64,000 nucleotides of DNA from Octopus sinensis (lineage: Eukaryota). The notes below the pieces were generated by a model. It was not told the DNA's origin. It saw only the letters and a list, made by a program, of their open reading frames with translations, and searched no databases. Below, piece after piece: positions 11,338 to 23,481 of the stretch. The first letter of the stretch is position 1. Each line of letters starts with the position of its first letter. The DNA is taken from NCBI RefSeq assembly GCF_006345805.1, contig NC_043005.1, positions 26,598,001 through 26,662,000 on the forward strand. Reading direction: 5' to 3'. A program made the translations under genes and the position numbers.

Positions 11338-11738
11338 GCGCAGGAGTGGCTGTGTGGTATGTCGCTTGCTTACCAACCACATGGTTCAGGGTTCAGTCCC
11401 ACTGCATGGCATCTTGGGCAAGTGTCTTCAACTATAGCCTCGGGCCGACCAAAGCCTTGTGAATGGATTTGGTAGACGGAAACTGAAAGAAGCCCGTCGT
11501 ATATATGTAAATATATATGTATGTATGTGTATATGTTTGTGTGTCTGTGTTTGTCTCCCCAACATGGCTTGACAACCGATGCTGGTGTGTTTACGTCCAT
11601 GTAACTTAGCGGTTCGGCAAAAGAGACCGATAGAATAAGTACTAGGCTTACAAAAAATAAGTCCTGGGGTCGATTTGCTCGACTAGAGGCGGTGCTCCAG
11701 CATGGTTACAGTCAACTGACTGAAACAAATAAAAGAGA
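11338..11738 (+). mobile_element. SINE family B, full length
   Basis: GGAGTGGCTGTGTGGTA head through GACTGAAACAAATAAAAGA tail. Confidence 0.9.
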
Positions 11739-11779
<41 letters not shown>

Positions 11780-11969
11780 CACATGCTTTATTTGTGGGTT
11801 AACAGGCAAACAATGGCTTCATGTGAAGGGATCTTCACAATTGTTTAAGCGTGTTGGTAAAAAACGAGTCCCCAACACCAATTCAGTATTTGTTACTCAT
11901 TCTCACTTTACGATATTGGTATATATATATATATATTATATATATATATATATGTGTGTGTATGTATAT

Positions 11970-11973
11970 TATC

Positions 11974-12017
<44 letters not shown>

Positions 12018-12044
12018 ATCTATCTATCTATCTATCTCATATAT

Positions 12045-12086
<42 letters not shown>

Positions 12087-12095
12087 TATATATAT

Positions 12096-12149
<54 letters not shown>

Positions 12150-12159
12150 TTATCTATCT
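11970..12159. repeat. (TATC)n plus (TA)n microsatellite ending TATCTATCT
   Basis: Direct reading. Confidence 0.95.
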
Positions 12160-12825
12160 GGATGGACGCAAGTCAAATGGGCTCCAAGTAAGCTGGTCGT
12201 TTTCTACGTTTAAAATTGTTTATTGTCAAACATTTTACGTCTAAAAGGTGTACAACACCCAACTCATACCTTCGCTAACATCCACACAAAATTTCGCCCC
12301 TTTGTGGGCAAAATTTAAAAAATCCTGAAAGGCTTTGTGGTTTGATTTTAGACATATTTATTTTCAAAAATCGTTACTGGTCACCTCGAAGCCAGCGCGC
12401 AAGTCAAGCGTGACGCCAGCAAAGCCACAGAAACAAAAGAGCAAGATTTCTCGCCACTATTCGTTGAACCTGGTCACTAACACCACCACCAGCATCAACA
12501 ACAGCAACATCAACAAAACTAAGGTCTCAAGGCCATTCACCATCACCTCTACCAATGACTCCACCATCAACACCGACACCACCACCACGGCGGCTTCGGC
12601 TATACAACTGCTTCTTCCGCTACCGACACCATCACCAACGACAACAGCAACAACAACAACAACAACAAAACCAAGGTCGCAAGGCCATTCACCATCACCG
12701 CCACCGAAGACCATGTCGTCAATACCAACGCCACCACTTCAATATCTGCTGCTACGGCTGCCTCCCTTGCTACCGATACCACCGCCACCACCAAGAACGA
12801 CAATAACAACAATTCCCTCCAGCCT

Positions 12826-13735
12826 TTGCCACCACCAACAACTGAAGGAGAGAAAGAAAAAGTCGCGGCCACCAAACGAATAGCCGAAATTTGTTCAAAC
12901 GTGGGGGCAAATTATGTAAACAATTTTCCACCGCTTCCTAGTTACACAATCAACAACCATTCACCGAATGTACCAAAAACTGTCGCCTCTGCCACCAACA
13001 CCAACACCACCACCAGCAAAAACAATAACAAAATGACAACAAATTTCGCCGAGGCGATAAAACAAAAAAGACAATAGTATCGTTTACTGCACAGCAGATA
13101 AAAGATACAAAAGCATTAAATGTACCACAACATATACTAGATGACGCAAAAAAAACAAAACAATTATATATAAAATAATAAACAGCACAACCAAAAGTCC
13201 AAAGAAAGCAAATACAGACAAAATTGAAAAATGCCTTCGCCCTATTTGGGGATGCAAAGAGTATGTGACTTGGTAGCACAAGTTTGCTCATGTACAAGTA
13301 GTATTTCAAAATGAAGAGTTTGCAAAACAATTCTCAACGCTAACTCTTCATTCAGACGACCTAATTATGATACCCAGCTACCTTGGTCAGAGGGTAACAA
13401 AAGTTATAATCAACAATGTTCCTCCAATATCAGACACGCTATGGGTAACATCAGCCATATGTGTCGAAATGGCGGATGTAAATAGCCTACAAATTGCTGT
13501 TTCAGAACAGAAAAACTGGGTTGGAAAGAGACTGGAGATTCTTCTCCAGATTAATCAAGGCTCCATAAACACAATACCCACCCATATACATCTATCAGAA
13601 GACCACAAATTGTATGTAGTGGTCGAGGGCAGACGACCACGCTGCTATATATGCGGCAGTGAAGCACACCTTAAAAAGGATTGCAAATCTGCCGCGAAAC
13701 AACAGCAACAACAATACGAGCAACAACAACAATAG
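12826..13735 (+). pseudogene. Fragmented ORF1 of Tx1-like element
   Basis: 13367-13735 encodes VVVEGRRPRCYICGSEAHLKKDC (CX2CX4HX4C); upstream frames broken by stops. Confidence 0.75.
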
Positions 13736-14555
13736 CCACAGGAAAAACCAAAAAAGCCAGCATTGTTACCCACATCACAGTATGCACGACTGATCAAGCA
13801 GCTATACACGGAAATGCAAGAAAAGCGACCACGAACGAACCAACCCAACCAAACAACACCACCACCTATGCCAAGAACAGAAAGAACACCACCAACAACG
13901 ACAACTAAAGATAAACCAACTCCAACACCAAGAACCACTACCAAGAAGACAAGCACCCAGAATGAAGAAGAGACAATTATTACTCCCAAATCCCTCAACA
14001 ACACACACACCACACACCACAACAATACCTACAATCACACAAACAGATCCAGATGCTTTGCCCTTACCCCCTTCTGATTCGTCAGACTTTTCGTATAACG
14101 ATGAAAGCGCAACAGAATGGCAAATAGCCACCGGAGGTAAAAGAAAAAGATAAAAAACAAACAAGCAACTGCAACCAAAGCAGGGAGATATGTAAACCCT
14201 GAAAGCCTCTTACACAACCAAACCAGCACCAACACCACAAAAACACACACAATGCTATCTGCGATAGACACAAAAAACTCAAAACTAATGGAGTACATCA
14301 CAGCCCACACAAGCATCTGTGAAGATGATTTCAAAACTAACAACCATCCACGCACTACACCACCGAAACACATCAAGATACTACACATCACACAAACACA
14401 ACACCACACACTCAAAGCCCTCTTTCCAAATGTGGTTGGGGGGGGGTCCAAAAATACCTATCGAAAAAACTTTATAAAAACCTCCTCCAAGACGCATCAA
14501 AGTACTCTCTGTACCTTTCTTTTTGTGTTTTTAAAGCACACATCTCATTAGGATC

Positions 14556-15977
14556 ATGGTCAAGATTGGTTGTGTGAATGCGCGTGGCTTGGGGTCTCCT
14601 TGGAAACAAGGGTACCTCCTAAATTACATCAAGTCACACGATTTGGGAATCATAGCCATAAGTGAGACCAGACTCCATGAACCACGGGCCCTAAAGTCCA
14701 TGTTTGGCGGACAGCTTAACATTTATTTTTCTCCCTGTCTGCTGAGAATGAGCGGTAGTGGCACGGCAGTACTTTTTCACAAGAGTCTGGATCTCAATGT
14801 CAAGACGATATTCATAGACCCGGAGGGTAGACTGGTTGTCCTGGATGTCGACGGCAGCCATGAGTGCGCTTTTCGACTCCTAGCAGTCTATGCACCGCCT
14901 TTAACAGGTCGGCCGGATTTCTTTCGACGTCTAGAAGTATTCCTGGGAACGTCTCGTCCTTTACTTTTAGTGGGGGATTGGAATGCTACCTTGGACACGC
15001 ATCTAGACTATGTGGGAGAAACAAAAACAGACGGGAATGCAAATGCCTCAGAGAGTGGCTCAGGCGATTCCAACTGTCTGACAGGTACCGACTCGACCAC
15101 CCAAATGCACCAACGTGGACATGGAGCAACCGCAGTGGGTCGTCGAGATCGTATCTAGATAGGATACTGTGTAGGACAGTAGATAGGGATAGTTTAGGAT
15201 GTCCCCAATTCCACACAGTCAGCTACACGGATCACAAATTCGTGACGTGTACGCTAGACTTAGATGAGGCACATAGGCAGAGTCCCGGTTACTGGAAACT
15301 AAACGCATCTTTCCCGTCCAGACAGGTTTTCAGAGACAGAATCAGCACGTTAGTAAAGAGGGCTTTGACGGGAGCCATTGTCAACAACAAATGGTGGTTC
15401 GCCCTCAAGAGAGCAGTAAAAGCGGAAGCAATTAGATATAGCAAGGCACCAGCCGTAGATAGAAATAGAGTAGAGGGTGAGTTAGTTAAGAAGTTAGAAG
15501 AGGCAATAAGAAGCGGCATCCGACGTTTTGGCGGCGAGGTTGGCCCTCGACCAACACTTCAACGCAAAACACGAAGGGTGTGCTGTCAGGGCGAGGATGC
15601 GTGCTCTAAGGATGGAAGGTGTTGGAGCCGCGAGAGAGGCCCGGGTGGTGGAGGCGCAGCAGGTCAACAAAGTCACCATTCGGTCTCTGTTAGACTAACA
15701 GGGACGCGAATTGCTCGTGCCCAGCAAAACGTGCGAGGCATTTCAGCGGCATTTTGCCCGACTGTACGGGACGAGTGGTGATCGTGAACGCAGGGTGGAC
15801 TTCAGTGCCTACCTGCACAGCCTGCCACGACTCTCGGCAAGAGAGGCAGAGTGCTGCGAAGGTGCCATCACGGCAGCGGAAGTGAGGGATGCGATGGCAG
15901 GATGCCCGAGAGACAAATCGCCGGGTCTGGATGGTCTGCCCTACGAGTTTTACAATTGTATGCCAGACTTGTTCTGA
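14556..15977 (+). pseudogene. Frameshifted ORF2: APE endonuclease, linker, RT N-terminus
   Basis: IGCVNARGL, IAISETR, LLAVYAP, VGDWNA, SYLDRIL, YTDH, SPGYWKLN, KSPGLDGLPYEFY spread over three frames (shifts near 15020 and 15515). Confidence 0.9.
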
Positions 15978-16929
15978 GGCGTCTTGGCAGCGGTGTACAG
16001 GCATTTCAATTGGCAATTCAAAACTTAAAATTTAAAATTTATTACCATAATATATTATATTATATTCTTATAATAATATAACATAATACAAGATATTACA
16101 ATATAATAAGTAATAAATATTAAATATAAATCACAAACAAATGTTTCAATTGTTGACCATAATAAAATTATAAAAATTCATTGTTTTCTGGCTAAGAATC
16201 TCCTCAGTAAATTTTTTTTATGTATATTCAGAATCACATATCAAGTAAGACTGAATTTAAATATATTTGTTTACAAGCGTGAGCGTTATTAATTAAAAAA
16301 CAAAAACAAAGATAAATAATAAAAAATAAACTAATATAACGGCTTTAAAATATATTTGTATGCTATTAAGTATTCTAATCAAAATAATATGGCGACGAAG
16401 AAATTTTTTGGGAACTAAAGAAAAACAGGGTGATTCTGATCTACTTCACTTGGATGTTGTATTCGAAAACCTCTATTAGGTGCGTTATTTACCTCGAGGA
16501 GATCTCTCATAAGGACTCATGGTGCATAAAATCACTCGTAATTATATCGTTGATAAACAAGTACTGGCAGATCACATGATTTCAGTCCGCTATGGGCTCC
16601 TCGGTGACAGATATCCAGCATTCATCTTTTAGTAAATCAGTTTAATATATAAAGTGTCGTTAAATGTGAGAATGCTTTTACTTTATACTTACATACATAT
16701 ATAACGCATGCGCACACACAGACACCCACACTCATGTATACATGTATGTGTGTATGTGTGTGCGTGTGTGTGTGTATTGAACATTGAAATTGTGGGTTTT
16801 TGTATCGTTATTTTGTTGAACTTTGGTGGCTTTTATTGTTTCTCTTTTATTTCAAATCATTTTCCGTTTGGGTTACCTTCATTTCTTCTCTTCTATTCCT
16901 CCCTATCTCCTATCTTCACCGACTGTTTT

Positions 16930-17050
16930 CAGTCTGAGTTCAAATCCTGACGAGGTCAACTTTGCCTTTCGCTCCTCGGAGATCGATAAATATAAAGCGC
17001 CAATTAGGTACTGATGGCGATTTTATCAACTTATCTACCCCAGCACATAA
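16930..17050 (+). mobile_element. SINE family A fragment
   Basis: CTGAGTTCAAATCCTGACGAGGTCAACTTTGCCTTTC core. Confidence 0.7.
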
Positions 17051-17118
17051 TTTCAGGCCTTATAAACCCATATTAGAAACAATATTTTATTCATCTACTT
17101 AGCATATAACATGTCACC

Positions 17119-17480
17119 CTGTGAGGATGCTCAGTGGTTAAAGCGTCGGATTTACAATCGTGAGGTTGTTCGATTACTGGACCGGGCTATGTATTGTCTT
17201 CTTGAGCAAGACACTTTATTTCAAGTTGCTCCTGTTCACACGGTTGTAAAAATGGCACCAGTGCGAAATCACTAGCTCTAAGCTATATCAGCCTCTGCCT
17301 TTCCCTTGGATAACATCGGTGGCATGGAGAGGGGAGGCTTTTATGCATAGGCGACTACAGGTTTTCCATAAACAACCATGCCCAGACTCGTGCCTTGGAG
17401 GGGAACTTTCTAGATGCAAATTCCACGGTCATTCGTAACCGAAGGAGTTCTCCCCCAACATGTTACATAGCTATGTGGCT
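17119..17480 (+). mobile_element. tRNA-derived SINE family C
   Basis: GCTCAGTGGTTAAAGCGTCGG..GTTCGATT head, TCTTGAGCAAGACACTTTA core. Confidence 0.7.
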
Positions 17481-17647
17481 CCACCACTCAGGTAATCTGA
17501 CCCCCACATCTCCTTTACCCTCCCGTCTCTTTACTTCCTCGGCTTTATACAAAGCACTAACGCCAACCCTTCCTTCTCAAAACACCGCTTCTCCCAGTTC
17601 GTGTCTTTCATGTACGTGTTGATCTACCATAGTAAAGGGCACGAGCA

Positions 17648-17835
17648 CTCTCTTTTTACTTATTTCAGTCATTTGACTGCGGCCGTGCTGGAGCACCACC
17701 TTTAGTCGAGCAAATCGACCCCGGGACTTATTCTTTGTAAGTCTAGTACTTATTCTATCGGAGTCTTTTTGCCGAATCGCTAAGTGACGTGGCCGTAAAC
17801 ACACCAGCATCGGTTGTCAAGCGATGTTGACGGGA

Positions 17836-17880
<45 letters not shown>

Positions 17881-18049
17881 ACACACACACAAATACGTCG
17901 GGCTTCTTGCAGTTTCCGTCTACCAAATCCACTAACATGGCTTGGTCAGCCCGAGGCTATAGTAGAAGACACTTGCCCAAGGTGCCACGCATTGGGATTG
18001 AACCCGGAACTATGTGGTTGGTAAGCAAGCTACTTACCACCCACCCACT
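17648..18049 (-). mobile_element. SINE family B, full length
   Basis: Reverse complement of the 11338 copy, with longer internal (CA)n. Confidence 0.9.
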
Positions 18050-18749
18050 TTCACACCAAACAGTTAAAAATAAAATTGAAATCGAAGATGTGATCGATAT
18101 TTTTAACATGATGAAGCGAATATGTGTTACACATTTAGTAGTCTTAAGTATAGAATAAAAACCGAAGACAGAATTGAAATCGCTAACATTCTGTGTCACG
18201 CTTTAAGCAATTTAGTAAAGAAATCGGAGACATAATATAATTAATCTAGTTCGACTGTTAACTGTGAAACGAAATCGGAGACATAATCAAAATCTCTTGC
18301 GTAGTAAAATACTTGGCTTGTTATGCATGGAAGAACTTTGCTATGGAGCAAACTGGATACACAATCGGAACGTTCGAGTATTGTGCTGTCAAGAAAGAAA
18401 TCGGAGACTTAATTGGTATCCGTAGCATATCTCAAGTGATATACTTTAAAGAATCTAAACTAAGGAACAAAATCGACGACATATTTCGTTCCACACTCGA
18501 ACGTTCTCCATTACGTTAAATGTTTCGATTATGTCGTCTTCATTAACATAATGAAGAACGTTCAAATGTTGCGTCTCAACTATGGAAAGAAATCAGAAAC
18601 AGAATTAGTATTTTTTTACATGATAAAATGATGTTATGGAGATTTGTAAATTTAAGCATAAGAACAGGAAGAAAACATGAGACTTGCGTTTCTGTTTTTT
18701 TTTTTTTTTTTTTTTTTGCAGATGGGTTCATCAAGTTACTATAAGTTAT

Positions 18750-19470
18750 CAGGTGGCGAGCTGAGATAATCGTTAGCACTCCGGACAAAATGCTTGGTGA
18801 GATGCGAAATTTTTTCCCCACGAGAGTTCCGGACCCCAGTAATGAACTCATCTGCATACAACCAATCAGATCTTAACTATCAAACTAATTTATGAGCGCA
18901 TAACAACTGATGGGTGATACGATAAGGACACTTGGGTAAGGAATGACCATGCTTCTTTTCTCATTTAATAATACTTCTTGTTCTTGTTCTTGTTCCAACC
19001 ATGGCTGCCTCTGTGTAGTTATTTGTGTTGTTGCTTACTTTCTGAAACAGTAAGGGGAGAGGGTTGCTCTCACATCACCCTCTACCCACATTTTCCCATC
19101 CACATCTTTACCATATGGGGGCCCTAACAAAATCTGATAATAGGTATAGATGCAAATCTATCTAATTGCTTTAGGCATAACTCAGCGATCGGTCGACTTA
19201 CAACACCGTTCTTCATCTTGAGTTTGCTTGGTAGGGTGTGTTTATTAACTTGACAACAAGGTCTAAAGTGAGCTCTGATTGGCTGTATGCAAATGAGTTC
19301 ATTATTGGAGTCTGGAACTCTCGTGGGAAAAAAATTAGCTGGCGGAATTTCGTCCGTTTTTACGTTCTGAGTTCGAAATCCGCCGAGGTCGATTTTGCTT
19401 TTCAACATTTCGACTTACCCCCTCCCTCGAAATTGCTGGCCTTGTGCCAAAATTTGAAACCAATAATAAG
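18750..19470 (+). mobile_element. SINE family A split by an inserted inverted-repeat element
   Basis: Head 18750-18798 (GGTGGCGAGCTG..CGTTAGCA..AAATGCTT) resumes at ~19341 (GCGGAATTTCGTCC..CTGAGTTCGAAATCCGCCGAGG). Confidence 0.7.
18806..19337. mobile_element. Non-autonomous element with ~65 bp terminal inverted repeats
   Basis: TTTTCCCCACGAGAGTTCCGGACCCCAGTAATGAACTCATCTGCATACAACCAATCAGA vs TCTGATTGGCTGTATGCAAATGAGTTCATTATTGGAGTCTGGAACTCTCGTGGGAAAA. Confidence 0.75.
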
Positions 19471-19539
19471 AAGTTAAATAATAAGTTATAATTATCTGGC
19501 ATTGCCGGTGGTTATTGGACATTTGGAGACACTGTTCGC

Positions 19540-19582
19540 TATGATGATGATGTTAATGATGATGATGATGATGATGATGATG

Positions 19583-19616
<34 letters not shown>

Positions 19617-19690
19617 CGATGATGATGATGAGGACGATGATGATGATGAGGACGATGATGATGATGATAATGAAAATAAAATAATGATGA
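19540..19690. repeat. (ATG)n microsatellite
   Basis: Direct reading. Confidence 0.95.
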
Positions 19691-19894
19691 AATATCAAAT
19701 TAGAATGGTGGAAGAGAGGAAGGGAAGTAAATGAAGCAGAAATTGATATCGAAAGAAAGAAAAAAAGAATAAACTTATGGAAAGTGAAGAAAATTAAGTT
19801 AAACCAGCTTCACACAAAATGGCAAAAGAATTAGTTTTATGCATAAGACTCTGACATGCTTAGATATGAATGCAATTAGGAAGGGCCTAAATAG

Positions 19895-19925
<31 letters not shown>

Positions 19926-20384
19926 AAACAACAACAGTAGCAGAAGCAGCAGCGCAACAACAACAATAGCAGCAGCAACAGCAACAACAACGGCAGCAAC
20001 AGCAGCAGCAACAGCAGCAATAACAACACCAGCAGCAACAGCAACAACAGCACCGGCAGCGGCAACAACAGCAACAATAGCTGCAGCAACAGCAGCAGCA
20101 GAAGCAGCAGCAGCAACAACAACAACAGCAGCAGCAGCAAGCAACAACAACAACAACAGCAGCAGCAGAAGCAGCAGCAGCAGCAACAACAAGAGCAACA
20201 GTAGCAGCAGCAATAGCAACAACAGGAACAACTGCTGCAGCAACAGTAGCAGCAACAACAACAACAGCAGCAGCAACAACAACAACAAGAGCAGCAGCAG
20301 AAGCAGCAGCAGCAGCAACAGTAGCAGCAGCAACAACAAGAGCAACAGTAGCAACAGCAATAGCAACAACAGGAACAACTGCTG

Positions 20385-20419
<35 letters not shown>

Positions 20420-20570
20420 GCAACAACAACAACAGCAGCAGCAGTAGCAGCATCAACAACAACAACAACAGCAACAACAACAACAACAACAACAGCAACA
20501 ACAACAACGACGACAATAATAATAATAATGATGATGATGATGGTGATGATGAAGATGATGATGATGATAT
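19895..20570. repeat. Compound (CAG/CAA)n tract followed by (AAT)n/(GAT)n
   Basis: Direct reading; internal ~75 bp higher-order duplication (~20198-20275 vs ~20345-20420). Confidence 0.95.
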
Positions 20571-20574
20571 TAGT

Positions 20575-21689
20575 ACTTTCGAAGCTCTAACGATTCTGCC
20601 ATATTTTCTCCCACCCCCACCCGCTTCATGTTAATGGACTAAAATTTCGGCACATGAATGGCACATTTAAGGAAAGGTGTAAGTCGACTCCTTCAAATTT
20701 CCGCGAGGAAGGAAAGGCAAAAGTCGACTTCGGCGTCACTTGAACTCAGGACATAAAGAGCCGCAGTGAAGGTCACTAAGCATTTTATTTTTGTTTGGCA
20801 CAGTAACGATTCTACAGGAGCGCCGCATTTCACTGCTCTAATGTTAATAATCTTTTCTGCCATAGGCACAAAGCCTGAAATTTTGGGGGAGGGAATGAGT
20901 CGAAGACATCGACCCCAGTACTCAACTGGATAGTTGTTTCATCGATCCTGAAAGGATAAAAGGCGAAGCCGATCTCGGTGGAATTTGAACTCAGAACGTA
21001 AAGGCGAACGAAATGATGCTAAGCATTTTGCCCGGTGTGCTAACGATTCTGCCGGCTTGCCGCCTTCGCCTTAATGCTAACAATCCTTTCTACCATAGGC
21101 ACAAGGCCTGAAATTTTGGGGGAGGGGACTAGTCGATTACATCGACCTCAGTATTCCAGTAGTACTTAATTTATCGACCCTGAAAGGATGGAAGGTAAAG
21201 TCAAACTCGGCAGATTTTGAAGTCAGAACATAGCAACAGACGAAATACCACTATTTTGCCCGGTGTGCTAACGATTCTGCCAGCTCACCGCCTTTTATAA
21301 TGGTTTCAAATTTTGCCACAAGAGCAGCAGTTTTGGGGAGGGGATAAGTCGATTACATCGACCCCAGTGTTTAAAGGTGGAATTTGAACTCAGAATGTAA
21401 AGACGGAAGAAATGCTGCTAAGCATTTCGCCCGGCGTGCTAACGATTCTTATTTCGTTCTTACTGCCCACAAGGGGCTACACACAGAGGGGACAAACAAG
21501 GACAGACAAACGGATTAAGTCGATTATATCGGCTCCAGTGCGTAATTGGTACTTATTTAATCGACCCGAAAGGATGAAAGGCAAAGTCGACCTCGGTGGA
21601 ATTTGAACTCAGAACGTTGCGGCAGACGAAATGCTACTAAGCATTTCGCCCGGCGGTGCTAACGATTCTGCCTGCTCTCCGCTTTCGCC

Positions 21690-21690
<1 letters not shown>
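20575..21690 (-). mobile_element. Tandem cluster of about five partial SINE family A copies
   Basis: Repeated GAAAGG(C/T)AAAGTCGAC..GGAATTTGAACTCAGAACG..GCTAACGATTCTGCC blocks. Confidence 0.85.
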
Positions 21691-21745
<55 letters not shown>

Positions 21746-21753
21746 GTAATAAT

Positions 21754-22142
21754 AGATGACAACGTGTCTCTAAATAATAGATGACAACGTGTCTCAGATG
21801 ACAACGTGTCTCTAAAAGAAATGGAGAAACTCTCAAAATACAAAGACCTGGAAATAGAGGTAACTAGAATGTGGAACCTGAAAACAGAAACAATTCCTAT
21901 CATAGTAGGTGCATTAGGCATGATAAAAAAATATTCAGACAAATACATAACAAAAACACCAGGACTTACAAACACATATAACATACAGAAAATTGCACTA
22001 CTAGGCACTGCACACATCCTACGCAGAACACTTTCCATACAATAACCATCAGAGCATCACAACAAATCACAGCACATACCCAAGGCACACAGAGCTGTGC
22101 TCGGTAGTGAAGTGAAAGCACGCTATAAAAATAAAACTACTG
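21754..22142 (+). mobile_element. Dong/R4-type (R2 group) non-LTR retrotransposon, 5'-truncated, inside (TAA)n
   Basis: DNVSLKEMEKLSKYKDLEIEVTRMW..IPIIVGALG..IQKIALLGTAHILRRTL matches the restriction-like endonuclease C-terminus; (TAA)n on both sides. Confidence 0.85.
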
Positions 22143-22617
22143 AATAATGATAATAATAATAATTTAGTTGATAATTTGCTAAAATTATGCAGGACATGTC
22201 TGAGTGATTCCTATGAGATCATGTGGGAGGTGGTTGAAAATAGATTGTTTGGTTGATGCGGATTCTAAATAAAGAAGGAATAAAAAAAACACTAACAAGT
22301 TCATAGCTAGAAATGTGCGTAAATATAGAAAGGAATGAAATGAGAAAATGTCTAAATGAATAAATGATAAATGAATGAGGAAAGCTGATAAGATTAATCA
22401 TCAGTCTATTAGAGAAGTAAAAGTAGCTGTAAATGGATGTATTATATAAGAATATAAGAATATAATTATTATTTATTACAAGTTGATGCTGGGCGATTGA
22501 GCATGTAAGATAATTGAGGTAAGGGTCTGTTTGTCTCTATCTGTCTATTTATCTATCTATCTAGCTATTTCCATCTATCTATCTATCAGTCAATCTACCT
22601 ATCACTCTATCTGTCTG

Positions 22618-22684
<67 letters not shown>

Positions 22685-22685
<1 letters not shown>

Positions 22686-22902
22686 CTCTTTTACTTGTTT
22701 CAGTCATTTGACTGCGGCCATGCTGGAGCACCGCCTTTAGTCGAGCAAATCGACCCCGGCACTTATTCTTTGTAAGCCCAGTACTTATTCTATCGGTCTC
22801 TTTTGCCGAACCGCTAAGTGACGGGGACGTAAACACACCAGCATCGGTTGTCAAGCAATGCTAGAGGGACAAACACAGACAAACATATACACACACATAC
22901 AA

Positions 22903-22934
<32 letters not shown>

Positions 22935-23098
22935 TATATATACGACAGGCTTCTTTCAATTTCCGTCTACCAAATCCACTCACAAGGCTTTGGTCGGCCC
23001 GAGGCTATAGCAGAAGACACTTGCCCAAGATGCCACGCGGTGGGACTGAACCCGGAACCATGTGGTTGGTTAGCAAGCTACTTACCACACAGTCACTC
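22685..23098 (-). mobile_element. SINE family B inside (ATCT)n
   Basis: Full reverse-complement copy flanked by (ATCT)n at 22540-22684 and 23099-23180. Confidence 0.9.
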
Positions 23099-23180
<82 letters not shown>

Positions 23181-23481
23181 TATTTAACATCAGTTATTTT
23201 CGGGATCTGTTTAGTTTCGCTCACAGATCTTTTAATTATTTTTTTTACTTAACTAAACAGTTTGAAACTTGGTATACTGGTGTAATTTCTCACGCTCAAC
23301 TCGGTTCACTTTCAACATTTTTGACAAAATTTCGTATTTTAGAAGTTATTTCGTGTTAAAGTTGTCGTATTTGGGTAATTTTAACCAACCAACGACATGT
23401 ATTCAGTTGAAGAAAGCAACTGCTGTTTGCTATAGTAATCGAAGAGGAACAACTTCCGGGTCATCTCTACTAAATGTCACC

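Larger units (their letters stand above)
12160..16015 (+). mobile_element. Tx1/L1-clade non-LTR retrotransposon, 5' part retained, 3' truncated at start of RT
   Basis: ORF1 remnant with zinc knuckle followed by APE endonuclease ORF2; homology stops just after KSPGLDGLPYEFY. Confidence 0.85.

Noticed and set aside
12457-12875. Hydrophobic Val/Leu-rich minus ORFs resembling membrane proteins
   Set aside because: Antisense of the A/C-rich low-complexity part of the Tx1 element
19502-20516. Poly-Met, poly-Leu and potential poly-Gln ORFs
   Set aside because: Trinucleotide microsatellites; the Gln frame contains TAG codons
20575-21690. Regularly recurring motifs that could be mistaken for a CRISPR array or tRNA cluster
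   Set aside because: Diverged partial SINE copies with irregular spacing; no identical repeats with unique spacers, no full cloverleaf
23370-23460. Weak inverted similarity to 29060-29120 that might extend the palindrome
   Set aside because: Only patchy identity, and the intervening (ATCT)n has the wrong polarity for a mirror; more likely separate old repeat copies
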